A stretch of 27,551 nt of DNA from Chlamydiia bacterium (GTDB lineage: Bacteria > Chlamydiota > Chlamydiia > Chlamydiales > Parachlamydiaceae), in the NCBI GenBank assembly GCA_038257035.1, contig JBBSJT010000017.1, positions 1 through 27,551 of the forward strand. Direction: 5' to 3'. Shown one piece after another: positions 1 through 9,265 of the stretch (its first letter is position 1; the number at the start of each line of letters is the position of its first letter). The notes beneath the pieces are model-generated. The model did no database searches, was not told the origin of the DNA, and was given only the letters and a program-made list of their open reading frames with translations. Both the position numbers and the translations under genes were made by a program.

Positions 1-65
1 ATCCTGCCTGATCCTGCCGCGAAGCGACCTTGTCGCGTAGCGATCCTGCATATCCTGTAAAAAAA
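1..65. repeat. Right arm of a family-A long palindromic element (CAGGAT/ATCCTG type), truncated by the window start
   Basis: ATCCTGCCTGATCCTGCCGCGAAGCGA...GCGTAGCGATCCTGCATATCCTGTAAAAAAA aligns to the arms of the element at 4663-4818 and is nearly the reverse complement of 27498-27551. Confidence 0.85.
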
Positions 66-89
66 TTGCAGATGCTATATTAATCATAA

Positions 90-347
90 TTATTCTAGGA
101 GCAATTGGAAATCAAAATTAAGCGCTTTAGCCAGCTTCTTTGCAACTTTTTCCCCAACACCACGTTTCCCGTTTTCGATTTTGGAAATTTCGTTTTGTCC
201 AACTCCACTTTTTTTAGCCAATTCAACTTGAGATAAACCCTCTCTATAACGTGCTCCACGCAAAACAAGACCTGATTTTTTATATTTTTCAATTCTATTT
301 TTTGCTACTTCTTCCCATTCTTTATTATCAATGTAATCTTTTGTCAT
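90..347 (-). CDS. XRE-family helix-turn-helix protein (HigA-like antitoxin/regulator), stand-alone
   Basis: LRGARYREGLSQVELAKKSGVGQNEISKIENGKRGVG is a typical HTH_3/XRE signature; GAGG RBS upstream. Confidence 0.85.
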   Translation of the reverse strand: MTKDYIDNKEWEEVAKNRIEKYKKSGLVLRGARYREGLSQVELAKKSGVGQNEISKIENGKRGVGEKVAKKLAKALNFDFQLLLE

Positions 348-382
348 TTGGTAGCCTCACTCATTAACTAATCATAATAACA

Positions 383-411
383 AACATAGCAGGATTATTA
401 CTCTATGGCAA
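383..411 (-). promoter_or_regulatory. Sigma70/66-type promoter of the XRE gene
   Basis: Minus strand TTGCCA-N17-TATGTT with a TG extended -10. Confidence 0.5.
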
Positions 412-481
412 GATCCCGCTTTTGTCTTCGGAAAAATATGGTAAATGTGAGTATTGCAGATTTAAGCAAATTTTATGAGTT

Positions 482-514
482 CTTAATTTTAGCTTAATAG
501 AGTTATTGCATACT
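482..514 (+). promoter_or_regulatory. Tandem CTTAA box (11-bp period) plus -10 element; putative OmpR/PhoB-family activator site
   Basis: CTTAATTTT-AG-CTTAATAGA-N7-CATACT; same geometry at 26182-26214. Confidence 0.5.
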
Positions 515-537
515 AGGCTTTTAAACAGGAGGTTTAT

Positions 538-1110
538 ATGACCAGTATCGCAGTTAGTATCGCAGCAACAGTTTTACCGTTAGCTGTACAATTTGGAAGC
601 AAGTGGATTAGTGGCGCGGCCCAAACATGGGGCCCGGCAGCAGCAGCTAATACTTCTATTGAAGCTGCCGCAGCAGCAGGAGCTAGTTTATTCGGAAATC
701 TTCCGGTTCTTGGAAAAATCGGAGAAGTAGCAGGTCGAGCATTTGGCTGGGCAGGCGCACCATTCGTCGGTCAAGCAGTTCTACCACAAATAGGTATTGC
801 GGGTCAAATTGGTGGAGCCGCCGCCGGTGCATTAATTCATGTTGTTGGTAGTTATGCTTTAAATAAATTAGGAAGCACTCCTCAACCGGAAGAAACCGCA
901 GCACAACAATTTGCTAACCAACAGCAATTATTGCAAAATCAATTGCAAATGGAAACTTTAAATAAGCTGAAAGCTCAGTTAGACGCCATTGCGCCAAAAG
1001 AAAACAAAATTGAAAACCTTGCTAAGGAGTTGAATTTAACACCTGCAGAGTTTGCAGAAATTCTTGAGGCAATTGCAGCCAAAAAATTGGAAGCTCAGCC
1101 AAAAAATTAA
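538..1110 (+). CDS. Hypothetical Ala/Gly-rich hydrophobic protein with Gln-rich/coiled-coil C-terminus (possible secreted or inclusion-membrane protein)
   Basis: 190-aa ORF, AGGAGG RBS at 527-532, glycine-zipper-like segments (GIAGQIGGAAAGALI), followed by two terminators. Confidence 0.8.
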   Translation: MTSIAVSIAATVLPLAVQFGSKWISGAAQTWGPAAAANTSIEAAAAAGASLFGNLPVLGKIGEVAGRAFGWAGAPFVGQAVLPQIGIAGQIGGAAAGALIHVVGSYALNKLGSTPQPEETAAQQFANQQQLLQNQLQMETLNKLKAQLDAIAPKENKIENLAKELNLTPAEFAEILEAIAAKKLEAQPKN

Positions 1111-1119
1111 GTAAAATTT

Positions 1120-1151
1120 AAAAAAGAGGGTCTTTTAAGAACCTCTTTTTT
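1120..1151 (+). terminator. Intrinsic terminator (potentially bidirectional)
   Basis: AAAAAAGAGG...CCTCTTTTTT hairpin just after the stop at 1110. Confidence 0.75.
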
Positions 1152-1161
1152 CAAATAATTT

Positions 1162-1188
1162 AAAAGGGAGCTTTAATTCCCTTTTTTT
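1162..1188 (+). terminator. Second intrinsic terminator in tandem
   Basis: AAAAGGGA...TCCCTTTTTTT hairpin with T-tract. Confidence 0.6.
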
Positions 1189-1376
1189 CTTGTGCCTTTG
1201 ATGATAATCAATTCCGCGTCAATTTTTTTTTCTTGTCATTTTTCTCCTTTTTAGTTTCGATCTCTTTATAGTGTTGTATATAAATATTATTTGATTTATG
1301 AATATTTTATCCGACGGATTTTTAAGTTAAAAGAAGGCTAGCTTAATAAAATAAATTTTTAAAATGAGAGCTCTAA

Positions 1377-2765
1377 ATGTCAGGTTTTCGCACTATTGCT
1401 GCCTTCAGCTCACTCCTTTTTCTTACTTTTGGGTGTACAAAACATCCACAAGCTGATAATGGACAAGTAGCTTCAACCATTGCAACAAGAATTAATCAGC
1501 AGGTTGAATGGTATCAAGGTTGTCCTAATGATCAAATAAATAGTACGATTCAATGTTTGCTCGAAAATGAGCTGACTGCTGAAGCGGCTATACAAATTGC
1601 TCTTCTTAAAAACCCCAAAGTCCAGTCTATTTTTGAAGAGTTGGGAATTGCTCATGCAGATCTAGTTGAAGCAGGACTTCTTTCTAACCCGGATTTTTCT
1701 TTAGAGATTAGATATCCTCATAAAAAAAATCTATTACCCAATATTGAATACCTGGTTACCACTACTTTTTTAGATATTTTCTTGATTCCACTTCGAAAAA
1801 AGCTAGCAAAAGCTGAATTTGAACAGGCAAAACGCAAAGTAACACATGAGATTTTGGATTTAGCTTTTGAAGTGAGAGAAACTTATTATGAACTTTTAGG
1901 TGAACAACAAAAATTTGAATTGATGAGGCAAATTGTTGAATTAACAAGCATTCATAGTGAAATTATTTCAAGGCAAAAAATAATTGGAAACGTGAATCGA
2001 CTTGAATTTCAACAAGTTCAAGCAAAATTTTTAGAAGCTAAATTGGAAATGGCTAAGGAACAGACAACAATCATTCGCCTCACCGAGAAACTCAATAGGC
2101 TTCTTGGTTTTAGTGAAGAAATATGTCTAATTCTACCGGAAATTCCTCAAGATATTGACTATGAAGGATATGACATTTGTGTTTTAGAATCTATTGCCTT
2201 ATCGATGAGAATGGATTTACAAGAAGCACGATTTGAGGTGATTCGCTTCCGCAGAATGCTGGGGCTTAAGGACTGGTGGACATTTACAAACTTGAAAAGC
2301 GGCGTTGCAGGTGAACGAGATCCTGACGGATTGAATTTAACTGGCTTTGGATTATCAGGAGAAATTCCGATTTTCAATTTCGGGCAGGCAGCTCGTATGC
2401 GGATTTTAGCTCAACTTAGACAAGCTCAAAATCGTTATGAAACTTTAGAAATACGTATTCTTTCAGAATTAAGAGAGGCACATAAGCTCCTGATGAGTGA
2501 TTTAGGGATGATAAACGATTATCTATCCAGAATAATCCCCTTGCAAAAGGAAATTATCAATTCATCTGAAGAATTATACAATGTTATGGGCATAGGCATA
2601 GATCGACTTTTAGAGAATAAACGCCAGGAGCTTGAAGCCAATCGAAACTATTTTGAAATCTTAAAAAGTTATTGGGTAGCAAGAGTTCAGCTTGATAAAT
2701 CCTTAGGGGGTTATTTATTTCGGTTATTAGCAAAAGACTGTTGCATCGAAGGAACTACAGAATGA
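1377..2765 (+). CDS. TolC-family outer membrane efflux lipoprotein, copper-resistance associated
   Basis: Lipobox-like LTFGC; AIQIALLKNPKVQ, AGLLSNP and EIPIFNFGQA segments typical of OEP/TolC; ATGA overlap with the multicopper oxidase gene. Confidence 0.85.
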   Translation: MSGFRTIAAFSSLLFLTFGCTKHPQADNGQVASTIATRINQQVEWYQGCPNDQINSTIQCLLENELTAEAAIQIALLKNPKVQSIFEELGIAHADLVEAGLLSNPDFSLEIRYPHKKNLLPNIEYLVTTTFLDIFLIPLRKKLAKAEFEQAKRKVTHEILDLAFEVRETYYELLGEQQKFELMRQIVELTSIHSEIISRQKIIGNVNRLEFQQVQAKFLEAKLEMAKEQTTIIRLTEKLNRLLGFSEEICLILPEIPQDIDYEGYDICVLESIALSMRMDLQEARFEVIRFRRMLGLKDWWTFTNLKSGVAGERDPDGLNLTGFGLSGEIPIFNFGQAARMRILAQLRQAQNRYETLEIRILSELREAHKLLMSDLGMINDYLSRIIPLQKEIINSSEELYNVMGIGIDRLLENKRQELEANRNYFEILKSYWVARVQLDKSLGGYLFRLLAKDCCIEGTTE

Positions 2766-4462
2766 AAACATATTTTACTTTTTTTGCACTTATTGCAAGT
2801 TGCCCTTTATATGGTCAAATGAATCAAATGGATATGCAAGAACATCAAATGCATCAAAATCAAATAGAGCAAAATAAACACTATATCCAAAAAAGTCGAG
2901 AAGGTCCCTCAAGTGAAAATCAGACAGAAAAAAGAATTCAAAAGTATCCATCTGTCATTACTCCTAATGTAGGTTCTCTTCCCTTTACAATGGATGGAGA
3001 TGTAAAAGTTTTTCATCTTATAGCTGAGCCAATTCGTAGGGAATTTGCTTCAGGATTTTGGGTTAATTGTTGGGGCTATAATGGATCAAGCCCGGGGCCA
3101 ACGATTGAAGCCGTCGAAGGAGATCGTGTCAGAATTCTCGTAACTAATAAACTCAACGAACCGACAACAGTTCATTGGCATGGGCTAATTTTACCAAATG
3201 GGATGGATGGAGTAGGAGGATTGACTCAAAAGGGGATTCCTCCGGGCGAGACATTCAAATACGAATTCACATTAGTGCAAAATGGTACATTTATGTATCA
3301 CCCACATTTGGATGAAATGTTTCAAATTGCTATGGGCATGGAGGGTTTTTTCATCATACACCCTAGAGATGGGGATGATCCCAAAATTGATCGTGATTTT
3401 GCTATCTTTTTACACGAATGGCGTATCCCGATGGGTGCAAAAACCCCTATTCCATTTGAAATGCTAGACTTTAATATATTCACTTTCAACAGTGTTCTCT
3501 TTCCAAGTATTGAATCATTAATTATGAAAACAGGTGATCGTGTGCGTATCCGTTTTGGAAATGTCATGATGAATTCTCATCCTATTCATTTGCATGGGCA
3601 TGAGTTTTTAGTAACTAGAAAAGGAGGGAAACGACTTCCTCCGGAAGCACAATATAGTGAAGTTACAGTTCTTGTTTCACCTGGGGAAACAAGGGACATC
3701 GAATTTATAGCAGATAATCCGGGAGATTGGGCCATTCATTGCCATAAATCGCATCATACAATGAATCAAATGCAGCATGATCAACCAAATTTAACGGGAA
3801 TAAACAAAAAAGGCATTAATGAGCGATTGAAAAAAATTTTTCCCGACTTTATGGGCTTAATGAATATCAATGGGATGGGAGAGATGTTTGAAATGTACGG
3901 ATCTAAAGAGATGATGGATATGGGAGTTAAAATGAAATACCCGTCAAATCTTGCACCTATCGGTAGTCCTGGACCCTTTGGTGTCATAGAAATGGGGGGA
4001 ATGTTTGCCATTTTCAAAGTAAGAGATAATTTAACAAGTTACGCTGATCCCGGTTGGTACCAGCATCCTCCGGGAACGGTCGCAGAATCTGTCGACATTG
4101 GAAAAAATATGAACACGATTGATCATCAAGATCATAATCCTGATAAGATGAATAATAAGATGCAAAATATGAATGGGATGCAAACCCAAGATTCACCTTA
4201 TAAAATGAACAACACAGTCAGCTGGTTTAGTCAAGAACAAGACCAAAAAGAAACACATGATCAAAAGAATAAAAACTGGATGCATAGTAAACCTGAAGAC
4301 AGTATGGGGGGGGATATGGGTGGACATATGCATGGTGGGCACATGAAGCAGATGAAAAATACAAGTCCGAATATGCAGGGGATGTCTCATGAAACGGACA
4401 TGTCCAACATGATGAGAATCAAATGCAACAACACCAAAGACATTCAATCTATAAACAATTAA
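2762..4462 (+). CDS. Multicopper oxidase (two-cupredoxin-domain type) with Met/His-rich N- and C-terminal extensions
   Basis: Copper motifs HWHG, YHPH, HPIHLHGH and HCHKSHH; start placed at ATG 2762 (coupled to the TolC stop, followed by signal peptide MKTYFTFFALIASCPLYG). Confidence 0.9.
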   Translation: MKTYFTFFALIASCPLYGQMNQMDMQEHQMHQNQIEQNKHYIQKSREGPSSENQTEKRIQKYPSVITPNVGSLPFTMDGDVKVFHLIAEPIRREFASGFWVNCWGYNGSSPGPTIEAVEGDRVRILVTNKLNEPTTVHWHGLILPNGMDGVGGLTQKGIPPGETFKYEFTLVQNGTFMYHPHLDEMFQIAMGMEGFFIIHPRDGDDPKIDRDFAIFLHEWRIPMGAKTPIPFEMLDFNIFTFNSVLFPSIESLIMKTGDRVRIRFGNVMMNSHPIHLHGHEFLVTRKGGKRLPPEAQYSEVTVLVSPGETRDIEFIADNPGDWAIHCHKSHHTMNQMQHDQPNLTGINKKGINERLKKIFPDFMGLMNINGMGEMFEMYGSKEMMDMGVKMKYPSNLAPIGSPGPFGVIEMGGMFAIFKVRDNLTSYADPGWYQHPPGTVAESVDIGKNMNTIDHQDHNPDKMNNKMQNMNGMQTQDSPYKMNNTVSWFSQEQDQKETHDQKNKNWMHSKPEDSMGGDMGGHMHGGHMKQMKNTSPNMQGMSHETDMSNMMRIKCNNTKDIQSINN

Positions 4463-4662
4463 TTTTGTGTTAATAATTATGTCATAAAAATATGGAAAGA
4501 GAGATAGCAAACTCAACATGAAAGCATCACTCCAGCCTCATGCCTACCGACAATCAAGCATTTTGGTGGCAGTCATTAACTTGGACGCAATGGTATAAAC
4601 TGCTGCTATTTTAATCTGAAAATTTTTTAGATTTTCTACAATCTATATTATAACTTTTATGA

Positions 4663-4818
4663 TTTTTTTTCAGGATATTCAGGATCGCTCCGCTTCGCTT
4701 CGCGGTAGGATCAGGTATGATAATATCAATTCTTAGTATATCCTAAAGGTTGATATTATCCTGCCTGATCTTGGCCAACGAAGCGAAGCGGAGCGATCCT
4801 GAATATCCTGAAAAAAAA
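4663..4818. repeat. Complete family-A long palindromic element (MITE/REPIN-like)
   Basis: Perfect 40-bp inverted arms 4663-4702 and 4779-4818, imperfect inner stem 4703-4729/4750-4778, ~20-nt loop. Confidence 0.9.
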
Positions 4819-4856
4819 AAGAAGGTGCTGATTAATAGATTTAATGGGATTGAACC

Positions 4857-4873
4857 TTTTCACTTTCAAGTAG
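4857..4873 (+). repeat. 17-bp direct repeat, left copy
   Basis: TTTTCACTTTCAAGTAG, identical to 6610-6626. Confidence 0.8.
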
Positions 4874-5013
4874 AAACAGTACATACTTGTATATAAATAT
4901 TATTTTGAAATATAAAGATGTAATGCATGTTGGGAAGTCCTATGAAAAAAAAGGTGATTTTTGATCTCTAGGAATGGTAGAAAGAGAAAAAAAATTTAAA
5001 TCAATAGTTCAGG

Positions 5014-6468
5014 ATGAAGAGGATTGTAAGAATGATTTATAAAAATCTGGTCACATATTACTTCAACCTTTTTCTTGCAACAATTACCTTTTTTTTAATT
5101 TTGTGTCCAACTCCGGCATTTGTTGAAGAAGACACGCAACTAAAGGAAGAGAATGAAACTAGTAAAACACCTGAATCTCTTCAGCTTCCTTTAAAAGTAG
5201 ACGTAAAGCCAAAAGCTCTCGATTATGAAATTAGCCAACGTCTTAAAAATATATTAAAGTCTACAAACTGGTTCCAAGATCCAATTGTAAACGTAAAAGA
5301 TGGTGTTGTTTTCTTAAGAGGCACAACTAGGGCTAATGAATACAAAAAATGGGCTGGAGAGTTAGCTCGTAATACGCAAGATACCGTAGCCGTAGTTAAT
5401 CAAATTCAAGTTATGCCCCCTTCTATTTCCGATTTTCAACCAATCATTGCTGGATTGCAAGAACAGTGGCGTAGTTTGTTAAGAACAATTCCTTCAATTA
5501 TTTTTGGCTTGCTCATTTTTTTAATTACTTGGTTTGCTGTAAAAGGCATTACTTTTTTAGTTGGCTTAGTTTTGAAAAGCAAGCTCAAAAATCCCCTCCT
5601 TATACGAGTGATTCTCTGGGGAATAAGCTTAGGGATTTATCTGATTGGGTTATACACTGTTTTTCATATAATGGGATTGACAGACATTGCGCTGACTGTT
5701 ATTGGAGGAACCGGTTTGCTGGGTATTGTCTTGGGAATTGCTTTTAAGGATATTACAGAAAATCTTTTAGCTAGTATTTTTCTTAGTATTAACAATCCTT
5801 TTCACGGAGGGGATTTGATTGAAATTGAAGGGATCAGAGGATATGTAGAAAAGCTTACGATTCGAAGCACAATTTTAATAACTTTAGAAGGCGTTTATGT
5901 GCAAATACCAAATGCGAAAGTTTATAAAAGTAATATACGCAATTATACGAGTAATCCTAAGCGAAGAGAAGATTTTATAATAAGTATTGGCTATGGATGT
6001 TCAATTTCAGATGCTCAAGAAATTGCCCTAAAAATTCTCAAAGAACATTCGGCGGTCCTTAGTGATCCTGAGCCATGGGTTTTAGTTGATCATTTAAGCA
6101 ACGCTAATGTGAATCTCCGAATATATTTTTGGCTCAATGGAGAAAAACACAGTTGGTTGAAAGTTAGATCTTCACTCATTCGTTTAATCAAAAGAGCATT
6201 TCAAGCGGGTGGCATACCAATGCCTGATGAAGGACGTGAACGCGTTTTTCCAGATGGAATTGACGTTCGCATGATTTCACAAAAATCAGAGAAACTTGAA
6301 AAAGACAAAAAAGGAATGGCCAAAGCGTTCCAAGATACTGAAAAAAAGGAAATAGTTGCTACTGCAGCTGAAGGAAAACTCAATTCTGAGGCAGAGAATA
6401 TCAAAGAGCAAGCACTTCAATCACGAACTCCGGAAGAAGGGAAAAATCTCTTAAAAAAATCTACCTAA
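5014..6468 (+). CDS. Small-conductance mechanosensitive channel (MscS family) with N-terminal BON domain
   Basis: BON-like VNVKDGVVFLRG...VAVVNQIQV; MscS motifs GLLGIVLGIAFKDITENLLAS, PFHGGDLIEI and IPNAKV; exact start uncertain. Confidence 0.88.
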   Translation: MKRIVRMIYKNLVTYYFNLFLATITFFLILCPTPAFVEEDTQLKEENETSKTPESLQLPLKVDVKPKALDYEISQRLKNILKSTNWFQDPIVNVKDGVVFLRGTTRANEYKKWAGELARNTQDTVAVVNQIQVMPPSISDFQPIIAGLQEQWRSLLRTIPSIIFGLLIFLITWFAVKGITFLVGLVLKSKLKNPLLIRVILWGISLGIYLIGLYTVFHIMGLTDIALTVIGGTGLLGIVLGIAFKDITENLLASIFLSINNPFHGGDLIEIEGIRGYVEKLTIRSTILITLEGVYVQIPNAKVYKSNIRNYTSNPKRREDFIISIGYGCSISDAQEIALKILKEHSAVLSDPEPWVLVDHLSNANVNLRIYFWLNGEKHSWLKVRSSLIRLIKRAFQAGGIPMPDEGRERVFPDGIDVRMISQKSEKLEKDKKGMAKAFQDTEKKEIVATAAEGKLNSEAENIKEQALQSRTPEEGKNLLKKST

Positions 6469-6609
6469 ATTTAAATTACATTATACTGCGTTTCAAGGCT
6501 AAGCTGTTCTTTAAATAATATGGGCCATTTCCTTGAATTGTCAAAATTTTTTCATCACTCCCTCCCAAACATCTTTGACAACGATAGTTGACTTACAATT
6601 GACAACAAA

Positions 6610-6626
6610 TTTTCACTTTCAAGTAG
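6610..6626 (+). repeat. 17-bp direct repeat, right copy
   Basis: TTTTCACTTTCAAGTAG, identical to 4857-4873; 10 bp from the copA stop codon. Confidence 0.8.
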
Positions 6627-6636
6627 CACCTGTATA

Positions 6637-8913
6637 TTAAAGCTTTGTGTTACGCAATCTTAAAGCATTTGCAATCACGGATACAGAACTTAAACTCATT
6701 GCTAGAGCAGCAATAATGGGATTAAGGAGTAAGCCTGTAAAAGGGTAAAGTATGCCTGCTGCAATAGGAATGCCAAGAGCATTGTAAATAAAGGCAAAGA
6801 AAAGATTTTGACGGATATTTTTCATCATGGCTTGACTTAAACGAATAGCTCGCACAATACCCATCAAATCCCCTTTTACTAAAGTCACATCTGAGCTTTC
6901 CATTGCTACATCGGTTCCTGTTCCCATAGCAATCCCTACATCAGCGGCTGCAAGCGCCGGGGCATCATTGATTCCATCACCGGCCATGGCAACCAATCCC
7001 TCTTTTTTTTTTGCTTGTTTGATAAATTCCTGCTTGTATTCTGGCGTTACACCTGCATGTACTTCATCTATATTTAATTCTTTTGCAACTGACTGAACCG
7101 TTTGTTCATTATCACCTGAAAGTATCACAATTTTTTGTCCAAGTCGATGTAACTGTTTTATTGCTTCAGCAGTTGAGCTTTTGATAGGATCACTCACTGT
7201 AATTAAACCAACTGCTTGCCCATCAATGGCAACAAACATTACAGTTTGAGCAAGATTTTGAAGTTCTTTTGCTTTTTGCTGAAGAGAAGCAATACCATTG
7301 GCTTTCCTTTCTTGTAAGAAGCTAGGTTTTCCTATCAAAACTTCAAGGTTTTCAACCTTTCCTATAACTCCCCCACCTGTAATTGACTGAAAATTTTCCA
7401 CTTGTAGTAGACTAATGGACCGCTCTTTAGCACCCTGAACAATTGATGCCGCTAAAGGATGTTCGCTATTTTGCTCCACCGCAGCAGCTAAACGTAAGAT
7501 TTCATTTTCCTTTCCATGTTCATTTGAAATTACCTGTGTGAGTTTTGGTTTACCTATCGTCAGTGTGCCGGTTTTATCTACAACAATAGTTTTGACCTTT
7601 TCTAGTTTTTCAAGTGCTTCAGCATTCTTAATCAAAATACCGGCTTCTGCCCCTCTTCCCATGCCAACCATGATAGACATTGGAGTTGCAAGTCCTAGTG
7701 CACAAGGACAAGCTATGATTAGAACAGCGACTGCATTGACAAGTCCATAGACAAATGAGGGTTCAGGTCCAATCCACGCCCAGATAATAAAAGTCAAAAT
7801 AGCCACCAGAACAACTACGGGAACAAAATAACCAGAGACTTTATCGGCCAAACTTTGAATAGGAGCACGGCTTCGTTGTGCCTCTGCTACCATTTGCACA
7901 ATTCGAGATAAAAGTGTTTCACTGCCAACTTTTTCGGCCTGCATTAAGAAACTTCCCGTTTCATTGATAGTTGCCCCGATAACAATACTACCAGACTCTT
8001 TTTCTACAGGAATAGGTTCTCCTGTTATCATAGACTCATCTATAGTACTTTTACCTTCCGTGATTTTACCATCAACAGGAATTTTATCTCCTGGACGAAT
8101 ACGTAAGATGTCGCCAACTTTTACTTGATCAATAGAGACTTCTCTTTCCTCTCCGTTCACTATGATACGAGCATTCTTCGCCGCTTTTCCTAACAATGCT
8201 TTAATTGCCTGACTAGTTTGGCCATGGGCTTTTTGTTCAAGTAGTTGTCCAAGCAAAACTAATACCGTAATGATGGCTGCTGTTTCAAAGTATAAAGGAA
8301 CCTCTCCTTGATGTAAAAATGAGATCGGGAATGCATGCGGGAAAAGTAAGGCAATCACACTATAAACATAAGCCACGCCGACTCCCATAGAAATCAATGT
8401 AAACATATTAAGATTACGGTTCACAATAGATTGCCAACCTCTTTCAAAAAAAGGCCAACCTGCCCATAAAACTACAGGTGTACTTAAGACAAATTGAAGC
8501 CAATGAGATAAATTTTTTGAAATTAAACGATCAAAAGCAGGAATCATACTTCCCATAGCGAGGATTAGGACCGGAATAGAAAATGCTAATCCCACTAAAA
8601 ATCTAGAGAGCATATATTTGTATGCTGAATCATCATCCTTCATCTCAATATTTTTTGGCACTAATGACATTCCGCAAATAGGACAGTTTCCTGGATGATC
8701 CTGCACTATTTCCGGATGCATAGGACACGTATAATCAGCAGCGGAGTTAGTTGATTCATTTTGTTGCTGAGGGCCAAGATATTTATCCGGTTTCTGTTTA
8801 AAACTTTCCAGGCAGTGCTGACTACAAAAAAAATAGTGCTGATTTTGATAACTGATTTTATAAGGGGTTTTTTCAAGATCAACCGTCATACCGCAAACTG
8901 GGTCTTTAGACAT
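6637..8913 (-). CDS. copA: Copper(I)/silver-exporting P1B-type ATPase with N-terminal YHS and CPMH metal-binding domains
   Basis: DPVCGM...FCS..C (YHS), [37 protein letters not shown] and MxxSS motifs. Confidence 0.95.
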   Translation of the reverse strand: MSKDPVCGMTVDLEKTPYKISYQNQHYFFCSQHCLESFKQKPDKYLGPQQQNESTNSAADYTCPMHPEIVQDHPGNCPICGMSLVPKNIEMKDDDSAYKYMLSRFLVGLAFSIPVLILAMGSMIPAFDRLISKNLSHWLQFVLSTPVVLWAGWPFFERGWQSIVNRNLNMFTLISMGVGVAYVYSVIALLFPHAFPISFLHQGEVPLYFETAAIITVLVLLGQLLEQKAHGQTSQAIKALLGKAAKNARIIVNGEEREVSIDQVKVGDILRIRPGDKIPVDGKITEGKSTIDESMITGEPIPVEKESGSIVIGATINETGSFLMQAEKVGSETLLSRIVQMVAEAQRSRAPIQSLADKVSGYFVPVVVLVAILTFIIWAWIGPEPSFVYGLVNAVAVLIIACPCALGLATPMSIMVGMGRGAEAGILIKNAEALEKLEKVKTIVVDKTGTLTIGKPKLTQVISNEHGKENEILRLAAAVEQNSEHPLAASIVQGAKERSISLLQVENFQSITGGGVIGKVENLEVLIGKPSFLQERKANGIASLQQKAKELQNLAQTVMFVAIDGQAVGLITVSDPIKSSTAEAIKQLHRLGQKIVILSGDNEQTVQSVAKELNIDEVHAGVTPEYKQEFIKQAKKKEGLVAMAGDGINDAPALAAADVGIAMGTGTDVAMESSDVTLVKGDLMGIVRAIRLSQAMMKNIRQNLFFAFIYNALGIPIAAGILYPFTGLLLNPIIAALAMSLSSVSVIANALRLRNTKL

Positions 8914-8973
8914 ACATACCTCATAAAGTTTAACTTTAAAATAATGTTTTTACAATTAAAAAAAAGGATTATC

Positions 8974-9165
8974 TTATCGAGTTTTAAATAATTTATTTAA
9001 AAGGGATCGAAGTATTCCCTTTTTTTTCTTGTGTCGTTGGTGATAATCGGTTCCCCATCCATAAAATTCATGCATTTCACAGCCTTTAATTGCTTTTCCT
9101 GTCTCAATTGGGTATTTGATAACAGGCTGATCTTTTTCATAATCTTTATAAAACTTTGGCCACAT
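8974..9165 (-). CDS. Small basic hypothetical protein upstream of copA
   Basis: ORF fills the gap between copA and efp and is co-oriented with copA; start moved to the internal Met because the longer start overlaps the efp promoter; no recognisable motif. Confidence 0.35.
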   Translation of the reverse strand: MWPKFYKDYEKDQPVIKYPIETGKAIKGCEMHEFYGWGTDYHQRHKKKKGILRSLLNKLFKTR

Positions 9166-9197
9166 AATTTTAACCTTTTTTTTCAAATTTTTCTGTC

Positions 9198-9226
9198 TGG
9201 ACATCCAAAAAAAACTATGCTATCAT
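9198..9226 (+). promoter_or_regulatory. Sigma70/66-type promoter of efp-epmA
   Basis: TGGACA-N17-TATCAT with a TGn extended -10. Confidence 0.6.
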
Positions 9227-9265
9227 CTCTCTATAATTGTAAATCTAAACTTTTTAGGATTATTT

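Noticed and set aside
386..400. GCAGGATTAT as another family-A arm
   Set aside because: Too short, and explained as the spacer of the XRE gene promoter
2741..2761. Upstream TTG start giving MHRRNYR, a possible twin-arginine signal for the oxidase
   Set aside because: Poor match to S/T-R-R-x-F-L-K, lies inside the TolC gene, and ATG 2762 shows classic ATGA coupling
7003..7012. T10 homopolymer in copA as a phase-variation tract
   Set aside because: The frame is intact, it encodes Lys-Lys-Lys, and A/T runs are common throughout the window
8924..8938. TAAAGTT-T-AACTTTA palindrome before copA as a copper-regulator operator
   Set aside because: Very AT-rich, no match to CueR/CsoR/CopY boxes, and no convincing second copy before the TolC operon
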